A stretch of 60,070 bases of DNA, counting the filler, from Trypethelium eluteriae (lineage: Eukaryota): NCBI GenBank assembly GCA_051942245.1. It is 4 parts of 4 records of this genome, joined end to end, with 100 filler letters (N's around TTAATTAATTAA, not from the genome) between each part and the next. Parts side by side here need not be neighbours in the genome. Positions count along the whole stretch, not along the records: positions 15,075 to 30,034 come from JAVECL010000665.1; positions 30,135 to 45,053 come from JAVECL010000666.1; 2 more parts are not named here. One strand, 5' to 3'. Shown one piece after another: positions 27,388 through 39,192 of the stretch (the stretch's first letter is position 1; every line of letters begins with the position of its first letter). The notes under the pieces were generated by a model. The model was not told where the DNA came from. It saw only the letters and a program-made list of their open reading frames with translations, and searched no databases. Position numbers and translations under genes: made by a program.

Positions 27388-29277
27388 ATGAGCTCGTCAC
27401 TCGATGCAATTCCTGGCGACGACGACATACATTCCCCTTCATCGAATGCAACGGGCGATGAGGGCAAGCAAAATACTCCGAGGAACTTCTCAGTCCTGAG
27501 AAGACGCAATTCTACCTCTTCGGCTGCCAAGCGATCAGGACAATTAGCCATGCTCGAGGATAATCCTACTACTTCTACGGCAGCGATTAGTCGCGATCAT
27601 TCAGTTCCAGAACAATTAGGTGTAGCAGATACAGTACAAGCGTCGAGAGCTTCATGTGGGGGGCCTTTATTTGCTATTCCTCGGCATGCCTTTGCCACTC
27701 GCATCAGCGGTAGCCTGTCAAAAGTCCGGGCCATACTTTGGAAGTACTCCAGATTTGTTGGCCCTGGTTTTATGATATCAGTCGCTTACATTGATCCTGG
27801 TGAGTAAAACTTGCTACTCGCCCTTAGCTTTTGTCGTGGGAACTCCAATTGACATTTCCGACTCCAGGAAACTACGCTACGGACATTTCAGCCGGCGCCT
27901 CCTTCAAATTCAGGCTTCTCTTCATGGTCCTACTCTCGAACTTGATTGCTATATTTCTACAATCTCTTTGCGTTAAGCTTGGATCCGTTACGGGCAAAAA
28001 CCTTGCAGAAAACTGCAGGGCGCATCTACCAAGATGGTTAAACTACACCATATATTTCCTGGCCGAGTGTGCGATTATCGCCACGGATATTGCTGAGGTA
28101 CGTTTCAGCGGGAGGTATTGGCGCGGCATTCCTGTGCTAATAGTCTTATGTGCAGGTCATTGGTACAGCAATAGCATTAAATTTGCTCCTGAAGATACCC
28201 CTTGTCGCTGGCTGCGCTATCGCAATTGTGGACGTAATATTCATTTTGTTTTTCTATAATCCTAATGGGTCTATGAAGGGACTACGCACCTTTGAATTAG
28301 GGGTTGGTCTGTTGGTAATTGGGGTCGTTGTATGCTTTTGCTTTCAACTTTCCTTGATAAATAAAGGCACCAGCGTCGGCGAAGTCTTCCGCGGCTATTT
28401 GCCATCCTCTACGCTTGTGCAATCCGACGGGTACGTGTCACTATCGACAAGAGACTCCAGATACTAATCAGGCCGCAGGCTCTTTCAAGCTGCTGGTATC
28501 CTTGGTGCCACTGTCATGCCGCATAGTCTCTACCTAGGTAGCGGAATCATTCAGTCAAGGCTCAGGGAGTTTGACGTCCAGAATGGCAATGCGGCACCCC
28601 CCAAGCCAGAGGGTGAGGTTGAGGAAGATGAAGAACCTTACCGCCCCTCCATCCTCGCCATTCGCTCGTGTCTCAAATACTCCATCGTAGAGCTCTCCAT
28701 CTCATTGTTCACATTCGCCCTTTTCGTCAACAGTGCAATTCTCATTGTGGCAGGTGCCTCACTCTCGAATTCCCCTGGATCCCCCGACGCGGATCTCTTT
28801 GGCATTCACGATCTTCTTTCTAAGTCTTTGGCTCCCGTCGCAGGCACAATGTTTGCCCTTGCCCTCCTTCTCTCTGGCATCTCAGCTGGCATCGTCTGCA
28901 CAATCGCAGGGCAAATGGTCAGCGAAGGCTCTCTGAACTGGAAGATGAAGCCTTGGATGCGGCGTCTTTTCACCCGTTCGATCTCTATTACGCCTAGCAT
29001 CATCATTGCCGGCGCTGTGGGTCGACATGGTCTATCGGCAGCTCTGCAGGGTTCCCAGGTGGCGCTGAGCGTGCTTTTACCTTTTCTCAGTGCGCCATTG
29101 GTTTACTTCACATGTCTCAATCGATTTATGACCGTGCCTGGAGGGGAGGGGGAACATCCGAATGGAATTAAAATGCGCAACAACCTGATTACCGCTTTTT
29201 TGGCCATCCTTTTTTGGCTCCTTATTGTCGTCATCAATGGCGCACTTATAATTTTATTAATCATGGGGAAAAATTAG
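27388..29277 (+). CDS. NRAMP-family divalent metal (Mn/Fe) transporter, Smf1/Smf2-like
   Basis: FVGPGFMISVAYIDPG|NYATD (DPGN split by an intron), IIATDIAEVIG, GATVMPHSLYL and CTIAGQMVSEG. Three introns. Confidence 0.93.
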
Positions 29278-30034
29278 GCATTTGACAGCGCGGAGTTAAC
29301 GGAGGCTGGGCATATTCACCATGATACCATGCATGTACTGGGTAGCATTGGAGATGTGCATTATCAAAAGCGTTCTATCTGCATACCTCTTTGTTTGCCA
29401 CCCAAACGTAGTTCGGTCGTATCAAAAGCGAAGAATGACACATCATCATCGATCTCCGAAAAACGTGCCTGTTCTCGCCCTTTCGGCGTAGACTAGATTA
29501 GAGAAGCTCCAATGTGTGATGTGGGTCTTACTATCCACCTGATGCACCTTCAATGCCGTCCTTGATGAGGAGAAAGTGTCCCTAGGGTAAGGTTGAGGAG
29601 CCGTGCCGTGGTTTTCTGCTAGTGTGTCCTGACGGCAAAGGCGCAAATCCGTCTACATTACCGAATTAGGATAGTTAGCCGTATGTAAGAGCAGACACTG
29701 CAGAGCACATGTTCCACAGCATTCAATGTTTCACAAATTCGACCTTCAAATGACCTTCGTTAGAATTGCAAGATGCGGGAAAGATAAGAAATCGTCCGTC
29801 TCATTTACCCTTTTTAGGTAGTTAAACGGGGGTCTTTGGCATTGGCTTTCATTCCAGTACGTGATAGACCAATTCCAAGGTCATCTCGAGGTAGGATAAA
29901 CGTATTTATATGAGACTATTGCTCCTGTCCTCATCTGAAACCCATCATCTGCTCTGGAAGCACCTCCAATCAAGATCTACATACCTCAACCAATCCAGAT
30001 CGTGACCTCGATCCATCCACCCATCCACCATGCC

Positions 30035-30134
30035 NNNNNNNNNNNNNNNNNNNNNNNNNNNNNNNNNNNNNNNNNNNNTTAATTAATTAANNNNNNNNNN
30101 NNNNNNNNNNNNNNNNNNNNNNNNNNNNNNNNNN
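30035..30134. other. Artificial contig-joining linker
   Basis: 44 N + TTAATTAATTAA + 44 N. Confidence 0.97.
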
Positions 30135-32978
30135 CTCTCACCCGCCCGTCCCCGTGCGCTGCACTGTATGGTACGCGGCGAGTAACGCGCCCTCCTGGAC
30201 CTTGACGCCCACGCGCGCGATGCCGTCAGCATCGAGGTACTCCTGGGCGTCGGCCTTGACGTGGTCGCCGGACGCGAAGCCGAAGAGCTTGGTGATGCGC
30301 GCGCTGCGCAGGCCCTCCTCACCGATCTCCACCTTCTTCGTCTTGTAGATGCAGCCGTAGGCGAAGCCGCGCTCGTGCGCCGACTTGTTGATGATCATGG
30401 CGTCGTCCATGTCGTAGCCCGTGTAGGAGATGACGGCGACGACGCAGTTGGTGCCCTGTGGGAAGTTGTCGAGGCCGTAGACGTTGTGGAGTGGGGGCCG
30501 CACGATTGGGGTTTGTACGGTTTGGAGGCGGTAGGCTTTGTTGTCGGTGCGGTAGCGGATGGCGGTGCCGAAGGTGCTCATGGTTTGCTTGCCCATTTGA
30601 CATTGGTACATATTTCGTGGGGATTGATTGAAATCGGAGAAGGGCGTCATGTTCGCGACGATGGAGAGGATGTTGGTAGGGTCGAATTCTACGTGCGTGG
30701 TGGAGTTCGGCACGACTTCTTCGTAGCGGACAGCAATAGACAAGTAAGGTTGTTCGAAGGGGCCGACGAAGTCTTCACGGTCGAGAGGGAGGTATTTGAC
30801 GGGCCGATACATTCGGGCAGATGTCGAGGCCATATACACGCCAGGGTATTGACCACCGTTTGAATTTGGGATGTAGCCTATTTCGAGCTGGGGAGGCACA
30901 CCATGTTGGCCTGCCACTTTCCAATGCCTGAGCGTATCGGCGATGACTTTGGCCTGTCCGGGAGTGCAGTAGCCGAGGATGCGGCCATCTAATATGACGG
31001 CCACACTTTCATCAAGAAGGGCTTTGGCACGAGGTGAGACACCTAGTTGCGTAACCAGGTTAGGGACAGCCGAGGCATCCACATTTTTGGTGGCTATTTT
31101 GCATTTGTGTGCAAGATGATTGAGAAGCCCACAAGGACTACCGTCGGGTGTATGTACAGGGCATAAGAAACCCCAACTCTCTGGCAGTAGTTTCCGTACT
31201 GTTGTCGTCTTTAATTCTGCGAAGAAACTCCCTCGATGCACCGTTCGGAAATGACTGATGAAGCGATAGAAATTAATCTTCTCAGCAACAACTGTATATC
31301 CGGAAGCTTGCTGTAAGTCCAGTCCGCTGGTACTGGTGATATTGCCAGTCGACAAGAAATTCTCCACTGACGAACCGATATTTTCATTGCTTCCGCCCAG
31401 GATTTTGGCCACAAAGTCTTTTCGGAACTTTTGCCCGGCATATGTCTCTCCTGGATTTTGTAATCGCCATACGGATGCGGGTCTTCTGACTCCATCAAGG
31501 TATTCTTCTAATTTCTCCTTGAGGATCATGCCGTAGAGAAATCCACCAAGTAAGATTTCTTGGTTTTGCACGGTATCAGGGTTGTCAGCCGCACATTCTC
31601 CTTCCACAAGAGCGTACAGTTTCCTTGACATGAAGAGAAGTAGACGGAATTTGTCAGCATCCTGCGCTTCTGTGACATTGAGCCATCCTAAGTGAGGTAG
31701 CACAATTTTTCGCAGAAAGTAGGTTCCGACTTCTTCGTTAGTCCGATCATCTGCCATCCCAAGGACTGGTCTGAATCTCAACCCCAGATAAGCTCTTGTT
31801 TTTGATCTACTGTGCATGTTGAAGGCCTTGTATGTCCTTAGCAACAGCTCCACACGTTCTGTCACGAATTGCTTATCCTTCAGTCCTTTGTCACCGGCCG
31901 GCCCAACAATTCCTTCGAAAATCTCTCGATCATTTGTGTTCACCAAGGCTTTCATGATCATGACAACTGGAACCATATATTCATTTTTTCTCCAGCTGAA
32001 GCGAAACGTAATGTTACCATCGGCGATGTAGTGAAGGTAATTTGTCTGAGAGGTCTGATCTGGACGAGCGCAGCGGATCGATATACCGTACTTCGTATAG
32101 GCAGCGCCTCGATTTCCGAATGATGGTCGAATGATGGCCATGGGATAATTTCTCCGTTGCACGATCAACATGCGAATGAGTTTTTCATTGCCATTGACAA
32201 TAAAGTAGCCACCTCGCTCATCGCTTTCTTCTTTGTACTGGATAAGTTGCTCAGGTGCGAGGTTCTCCAAATAGCACCTTTTGCTCTTGAATGAAGATCA
32301 GCATAAGCAGAAGGACATATCGACATGGAGAAATATTCAAGCGTCTCTAGCTATGCAACTGTGACTGGGGTACAAAATTTGTAAGGTGCACAATCCTAAC
32401 TTCAGGGCCCATCCCAGATCGTCTGAAGAACGGATGGTGTGACTTACGCATAACATAATCGGGACCTGTCCCATTTCCCTCACCACACTCGTCCAGTCGC
32501 CACTGTTGATCCTCCATTCAACCCTGGCTCTTAACTTTCCCTTGTAGCTACAATACCTCTCCCTTGCCTCTGCGGGGGTAATATCTCTCTGCGTCGTATG
32601 TTTGTTTGTCACTGGCAGCTTTGGTCTTTCTATGAAGACCTCTTTGATTCTGAGCGAGAGTTTATTGCGGGGAAGCCGTCTCGTCGATGGTGCGTTTGAG
32701 GTCATGGTGGGGTCTTCCACGTCATCTCCAGCATCTTCAACTGTTGTATTGTCGCCATCGAGGAACTCTTTGGTGCCAATGTCTTGCAAGCCAAGATCCA
32801 GGAGTCCACCTTTGTCGAGAATGGCGTTGAAGGATTTGATGTGGGGTTCTACGGCGGCAGTGAGGGATGGATACGCAGTGTGATCGCGAGGAGGGGCTTT
32901 GAAAAGTTTGTGTCGGCGATGGGTATGGAAGCTGTTATCCCATTTGGTATCGGTGGGTGGTACTCGAGCGGGTGCCAT
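30135..32978 (-). CDS. RPA135: RNA polymerase I second-largest subunit, 3' truncated at the contig end
   Basis: PHIKSFN, GGYFIVNGNEKLIR, KTTTVRKLLPESWGFLCPVHTPDGSPCGLLNHL, DFNQSPRNMYQCQMGKQTM and SYTGYDMDDAMIINKS. One intron ~32288-32447. Confidence 0.96.
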
Positions 32979-33952
32979 GACCGTGGTGGTGGGAGGAGGG
33001 GTGGGGGGAAAATAGTAGAATGGACCCGGGAGGGAGCTCGAAGGGCCAGGATGGCGATTATGGAGGTGTCAGGTGGGCCATCAGAAGCTATTCAGGGGTC
33101 GTCCAGGCTTAGGCACTTCCCTAGCTGCAGTGGTCAATCGAGATGGGGCACGATGGGTGATGGGATCGCGGTGGTGGCAGCGGGAGGGAAAAAAAATCAA
33201 GATGCCGTATCGGTATCAGATCGGATGGACGACATTTCGTCCGGGGCCCAGCTAGTGCGGGGCTGGCCGATAGCGAACCTGCAAACCTCCATCATCTGCT
33301 GCCACACCCATGCCCCGACGCTGCAACTTGGTCGGCTGCTCTCTCTTAGAGCCTCTAGTGCATCTTGCCCTTTTTACCCCCAAATCTGCGAGCGCAGAGG
33401 GGGGCAGCAGAAGCAATCAATGAAGCCGCCGCTGCGACCTGCACGCATGGAAGATCCCGCACCGGCGGCTAGCACTGCATACGTGCATGAGGAGACAAGA
33501 GGTCAAGCGACTTCAGACGACTTTTGCCTTCTATTCTCCGTAGACTGAATTTTATCTGCTGCCGGTGACCGTGCCTCCTCCCTACCTGAGGTACTCTGAA
33601 GTGAAGCTACAGTACTGTAGTCTGTGGGACAAACGGAACGCCTCGAAATTTGTTTGAAACTTTGTGGGGTCGGTGTGTTCCCTCCCCCACCAGTGGCACC
33701 TTCGCTGGCCTGGCCTGGTTCCCCACCGGCCACCCCAAGTCTTCATCCCCAATTCTTTCTTTTCCATCCGCCGCGCCGGTAACTATCTCCTTCTGCTCGA
33801 TCCCACCTCGGAGGCTTGCCAGAGCCCGGCCACTACAACTCCTCGGGGTAACCTCCGCTTCCCATTCAAGGGGCGCTAAGCCGGACCGCCCCGCCTTTCC
33901 AGAGCCCAGTTCACACAGCGCGTCCCTCGCAGCCGAGCGGTTTGCGTTTTGT

Positions 33953-34012
33953 TGTGTGCGTGTGCGTGTGTGTGTGTGCGTGCGTGTGTCTCTCTCTCTG
34001 ATACTCTCTCTC
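33953..34012. repeat. Compound (GT/GC)n-(CT)n microsatellite upstream of ARL8
   Basis: TGTGTGCGTGTGCGTGTGTGTGTGTGCGTGCGTGTGTCTCTCTCTCTG...CTCTCTCTC. Confidence 0.8.
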
Positions 34013-34205
34013 ACTCGACGTCGCGTCAATAGCCAACCTCGGCGCGGTGAGGTTCTGCCCGGACGCTAAAGTGGGCCCTTAATCTTTTCTGTGCCTCGTG
34101 CCTACGACTGGTCCATCGGCTCACAGAACCAAGGGACTATCTTCACTCGCCCCTCCACACTTGATCCTGTCATTGCCAACTTTATTGAATTCTCGTCTCG
34201 GCACC

Positions 34206-35254
34206 ATGGCGGGGTTCTTTCGTCGGATCTATGATTGGTTGTTGAGGCTCTTCTGGTAAGTCACGATGTGCGCCCTTCTTTGTTTGCAGCCGTTGAAGCC
34301 ACCCATCGCTTTCTCACCGCCGACATCACCGATGCGGAGATGGAGTGAAGCGCAATCTGTCGACGGTTGATGCTCACGATGCCGACGATGCTGACCTCGA
34401 GGATAACAGGCAGACGGAGATGGACATCACCATGATCGGATTGCAGAATGCCGGCAAGACATCCTTGTTGCGTGTTCTCGCGGTAAGTTTCATCGAATCT
34501 TGCTGGACTGAGCCCGTTGTCCAGTGAACTTGACCAGAGACGCTGATAAATCATCTGCAGGGCGGCGAGTTCACCATCGAGTAAGTGTGGCCCTGCGATC
34601 GATGAGTTTTGAGATGAAGATTAATCGGTTGCACGGAATCTTTCACTGACTTCATCTCTGTAGCTCCATTCCGACTGTCGGCTTCAATATGAAGCGCGTC
34701 CAGCAAGGCCATGTGACCCTCAAGTGGTAAGTTCCGAACCCACAAAATGAAATTCCGTCTCTTGCTTTCCCGACCTATGTTTCCTGCTGTCCGGTTTCTC
34801 CTGCTGTCCGGCTCTCGTGGATAGTTAGGCGCTGAAGATGACTTAGTTGGGATCTGGGAGGTCAACCTCGCTTTCGCTCGATGTGGGAGAGATACTGCCG
34901 TGGCGTCGATGCCATCGTGTAAGACTTCCTTGAGCCAGAACAAACCCAGCATCATCGACAGAGCTGACAAAGAGGTGCAGATTCATTGTTGATTCGGCTG
35001 ACCGCGAGGCTCTGCCAGTCGCAAGGGAGGAACTTCAGCTCTTGCTCGAGAAACCGGCCCTCGAAGGCATTCCTCTGCTAGTACTAGGCAACAAGTCCGA
35101 TCTTGTCCACCATTGCACCGTCGACGAGCTTATCGAAGCACTGAACCTCAAGGCAGTCTCTCACCGCGAAGTGAGCTGCTACGGAATCAGCGCCAAGGAA
35201 GAGACGAACCTCGATGCGGTCCTGCAGTGGTTGATCGCTCGTACAAAGAAATAA
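34206..35254 (+). CDS. ARL8: Arf-like small GTPase Arl8, six exons
   Basis: Exons splice to MAGFFRRIYDWLLRLFW-QTEMDITMIGLQNAGKTSLLRVLA-GGEFTID-SIPTVGFNMKRV...-WDLGGQPRFRSMWERYCRG-...LVLGNKSDL...CYGISAKE. Includes a 20-nt exon at 34561-34580. Confidence 0.93.
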
Positions 35255-38200
35255 TCGTCCTTCAGGGCCGTGCTACTGGTAAGATGACTTTCACATCCAC
35301 CTGGACCTCTTCGAATGCATCTAATGTGAGTTAGGTGGTGTTGGTGGTCTTGACTGGAGCGGTTAGAAGCCTGGGCGTTGGCTGTGGTCATGTCAGCTTT
35401 TCTCAACTCCTCTTTTAATGATTCGACGACGTGACGGAAAGACAAAGCAGCATGAGCCTGCAGGTCAGCAATGACCACCTAAATTTCGACTGCTCACGCG
35501 ATGACTTTGATGATTCTTCTCTTCTTTACAGTCAACAATTGTTTGTTGCTCATGGAACGAAGCGTGAATGCCTGCATGCATCATGACAGACATGACTGCA
35601 TATGTTGCAGCGGCGCTTTTCGCTGGCTTAGGAGGATGGCTTTATGAGAGCATAGCACAGAGAACTCATGAAATACAATTCGGTGCCTGACGTCTCTTGC
35701 GTAAATGACTGCTTCCGGTGATGTTTTACAGGGATTTGAGATTCACGTCGATCAAGAAACGAAAAGACTCAGAGCTGAGAAGCATTCGGCCACGACTACA
35801 CTCACAAAAGGACGACCAGCAGTGCGAAGTCCACTCTGAGTCTCGATTGTCTTGCAATTGAAAGAAGCCAGAAGAGAAAAAGAAGACGAGAGAAAAATGA
35901 CGCGCGACAGCCCACTCCCAAGGGCATGCTTGATGCGTTGGCAATGCAGCGGGAACTAGCCAGCCCCCTGCACCACCGGGACCCAATCAACGTCCATCCA
36001 AATACTAGCTTATGTAAAGAACAAGTCAACTTTGCTGACTTGCTATGCCGCATGAGGATCTTGGTGTTGAGCCTTAATTTAGCAACGCTAATTCATGATA
36101 ATGTCGGTCTAGAGATGTATATGTACAGCAAAGTTGCCTGCAGGTACTGAGTGACGCGGCTCAAGAAATCAGCTCAACCGATCCGTTGTGTTGGCTTCCT
36201 GTCCAGTCCGCATACCCTTGCTGTGGACATTCCTAGTCTTCTAAGAGGAAGCTTTGCCGCATTTCTGGAGTCTTGACGACAGAAAACATTCCAACCACAT
36301 TCAGTCATGATCGACGCATGGCCGCGAGCCGTGCCAGATCCTTTGTTCAGATATCCATCATCAGATCATAGAAACCGAGTGTAATCAGTCACAGACAGGC
36401 GCAGGAATTCTGTAATCTCTTCTGAACAGGGAAGCCTCGGGTGTTCTTTCGTGCGTAGGAAAGCGCTGGTCCTTTACTCTGATCATGTGCCGTATCTATC
36501 GGACCAATAATCAAATATTACGTCATTCGCTCGCTTCTCAACGCCAGTGGATGCAATACCAATAAAAATTGTTGTCGAGGCATACTGAGTACAAAGCTCA
36601 ATATTGTGCCGAAAGGATCCCACATTGTATAGTGTTCGGATAGAATATAAGATCTACCAGTAAGCAGGCATGGTCAATGGAAAAGGCGCTTGCCAGATGG
36701 GCAAGTGGAAGAGCTACCATGGATAAGGAAAGCACATTCTACTCCAGCTACATATATCAAGCTGAGCTGTATTTACTCTATACACAGACAAATATATATG
36801 CACCTTTCCGAGATAACTTAGTATCATTGATTCTTCTACCTGAAGCAGCGCCCAACTTGCTCAGAATATCCTCTACAATACCAAGACTTTCCATTGTTAC
36901 AACGCGTTGCCGATGTTCTTTCTGCTATTTCTGATCAACTGATGGTAAGCATTATGGCACTAGTACCGAATGTTGTAACGAATTGCACTTGAACCCTCTA
37001 GAAATACTCATTGGAGGACTCTGCATTCGCTAAATTACTTATCGTCCCAGCGCTACAGTTCATGATATCAGAAAGTCTGCCCAGGTTGCTTTACCATACT
37101 GCCGTCACTCTCGGATCATGACGCCCTAAGCCCGACGAGAAATAGTCGGCAAAGTCACGATCACACACTCTAGACAGGAAGTCATCAAAGTGAAGGTTTC
37201 GCTCCCAAGGACTTCGTACTTGCAATGTTGCAAATAATAATACATTGTTTCCAAGGCGGACTTAGACGATATAGAAGCAGTGGATGTCTAGACTGCTTAG
37301 CATCGCGTTTTCAGGGCAACATCGAGGTACACGCCTTTGCATTCGCAACAGCCAGCCAATAGAATTCCGATCATCTCAAAACCAAGAGTCATGATGGAGA
37401 CCTCAGCAACTCAATAGTCCACAACTCTATAGTTTGAAAATTTATGGAATGATCGGTCACAATACCGTTCTTACCAATCCCGAGCCACGTGCTTCGTGTA
37501 GTTCCACAAGCCTCTGAAACCTACCGTTGCGTTACAGGCCGGAAAATCCACCTTTCATAGCCAAAGAGTACTGATGCAAAGGCATCAGTGTGGTGCTCCT
37601 CTCTTGCTCGCGTCGGTCAGATCCCATGAAGGTCTGTCGTTAGACTCCTAGCCACGATTAGCGCTAAACTCAAGAGAATCCAATATACCATAGACAACGA
37701 CATATACGGCCGAGACTCAGCTAATAGCACTGTCCCCTTCTCCTCACCCCAACGCGTCATCCCACCTGCAGAGACTGAACTCTATATTCCTCTCACACAC
37801 TCGCTAATGACCACTTTTGACTTACATAATTAAGCTAGTGCCTAGCGCGATTCTCGAGGGTAAAAGCGCGGCCACTGCCCATTCTTCACTTCACTTCTTC
37901 TTCTTCCTTCTTCCTTCTCTTCTCTTAGAATTCCCCACGCACAATGCCGACTTCCACCGGCTATCCCAAGCTCTTACTGTTGACAGCTTCACTGCTTCTG
38001 TTCATGAAGCCACCGACCACCTTCATGGCTCATTAGAGCTTTGCCTTCTCTGTCAGTCTGCCTATTGCACCAAAGGTAAGCTACTCCTCCCTTCGCGCAT
38101 GCTCGGGATTAACTCAGCCTATACTTGATAGCGGCAGTAGCCTCGACTACCGACGCGACTCCACTTGTGTAGTTGTTCGAATTTTCTATTTCCTTGCTGT

Positions 38201-38605
38201 TCCTGTTTCAGAGTTTTCTTACGTCATTTGCCTCTCTTCAGTCGTTTTTTCAAAATCTTGTAAGTAGCAAATAGTGGGGTCGTGTGATTGTCTGGGCTCG
38301 CTTGGGTGTTCACACCGATCATGCTCATACCTTCCCCCCCGATCACATACACAGCACACATCCCCACCCACCATGTTGTCTCTTCCTCTTCACTTTCTTT
38401 GGCAATTGGATTCCCTCGTACAAGATTGCTGGCCTCCCTTGCTTTCTTTTGACAAAACCCAAATGAGTCGCACTTGACCCTCAAAACTCGGTCGCTGATT
38501 TATCTGGCCTTCCAATGTTCTATATTCCTCATGCTTCATCATGATTGACATTTTCCTTGAAGGACTGGTTGCTGTTGTTGATGTTGTTGTTGCATTATCT
38601 CGCTT

Positions 38606-39192
38606 CGACCTGGGACGTCGATTAAACTCATCGCGACCAGGGCATGTCGAGCCAAAGTGCTTCCCGACTATGAGCACGTCGTTAACTTGCACTCCGACCT
38701 CGACCATGTCGTTAAAGTGAGATCCGACTATGGGCACGTCGTTTAAACTGCGTACCGACCTCGACCATGTCGTTAAACTTGAGTTCCGACCATTGGGCAC
38801 GTCGTTTAAATTGCGGACCGACCGTGGGCATTTCTGTCGTTAAACTGCATCCCGACCGCCCGCGGTAAGTCGTTAAACTACCAGCACGACCTGGGACGTC
38901 GATCTAAACTCAGGCCCGACCGCGGAAATGTCGTTAAACTGCTACCCGACCATGGGCATTTCTGTCGTTAAACTGCATCCCGACCGCCCGCGGTAAGTCG
39001 CATAAACTACCAGCACGACCAGGGATGTCGATCCAAACTCTTCCCGACCGTGGGCATTTCAGTCGTTAAAGCTGCATCCCGACCGCCCGCGGTAAGTCGT
39101 TAAACTACCAGCACGACCAGGGCACCGTCGATCCAAACTGCTGCTCGACCTGGTCATGTCGTTAAAATTGCGTCCGCAACCTGGACATGTTG
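38606..39192. repeat. Non-coding tandem array of 19 units (28-35 bp): CGAC-N7-13-GTCG-(T)TAAA(CT)-N
   Basis: CGAC starts at 38606, 38634, 38665, 38695, 38725, 38756, 38787, 38819, 38853, 38887, 38917, 38947, 38981, 39016, 39045, 39080, 39114 and 39146, each followed by GTCG and an A-tract. The last unit at 39177 is CAAC...GTTG. Confidence 0.93.

Noticed and set aside
32784..34069. 254-aa and 139-aa ORFs in the RPA135-ARL8 divergent region
   Set aside because: They have non-ATG starts, overlap RPA135 antisense or the microsatellite, and show no protein-like motifs.
38390..38800. 136-aa minus-strand ORF over the array
   Set aside because: Unit lengths are not multiples of three, and the ORF covers only part of the array. 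It is probably incidental.
38606..39192. Calling the array a CRISPR array or a bona fide TIGR array
   Set aside because: The conserved motifs are only 4-11 bp, and the variable parts are short, mutually related and block-duplicated. No cas or Nop-domain gene is recognisable nearby, and the host is a fungus.
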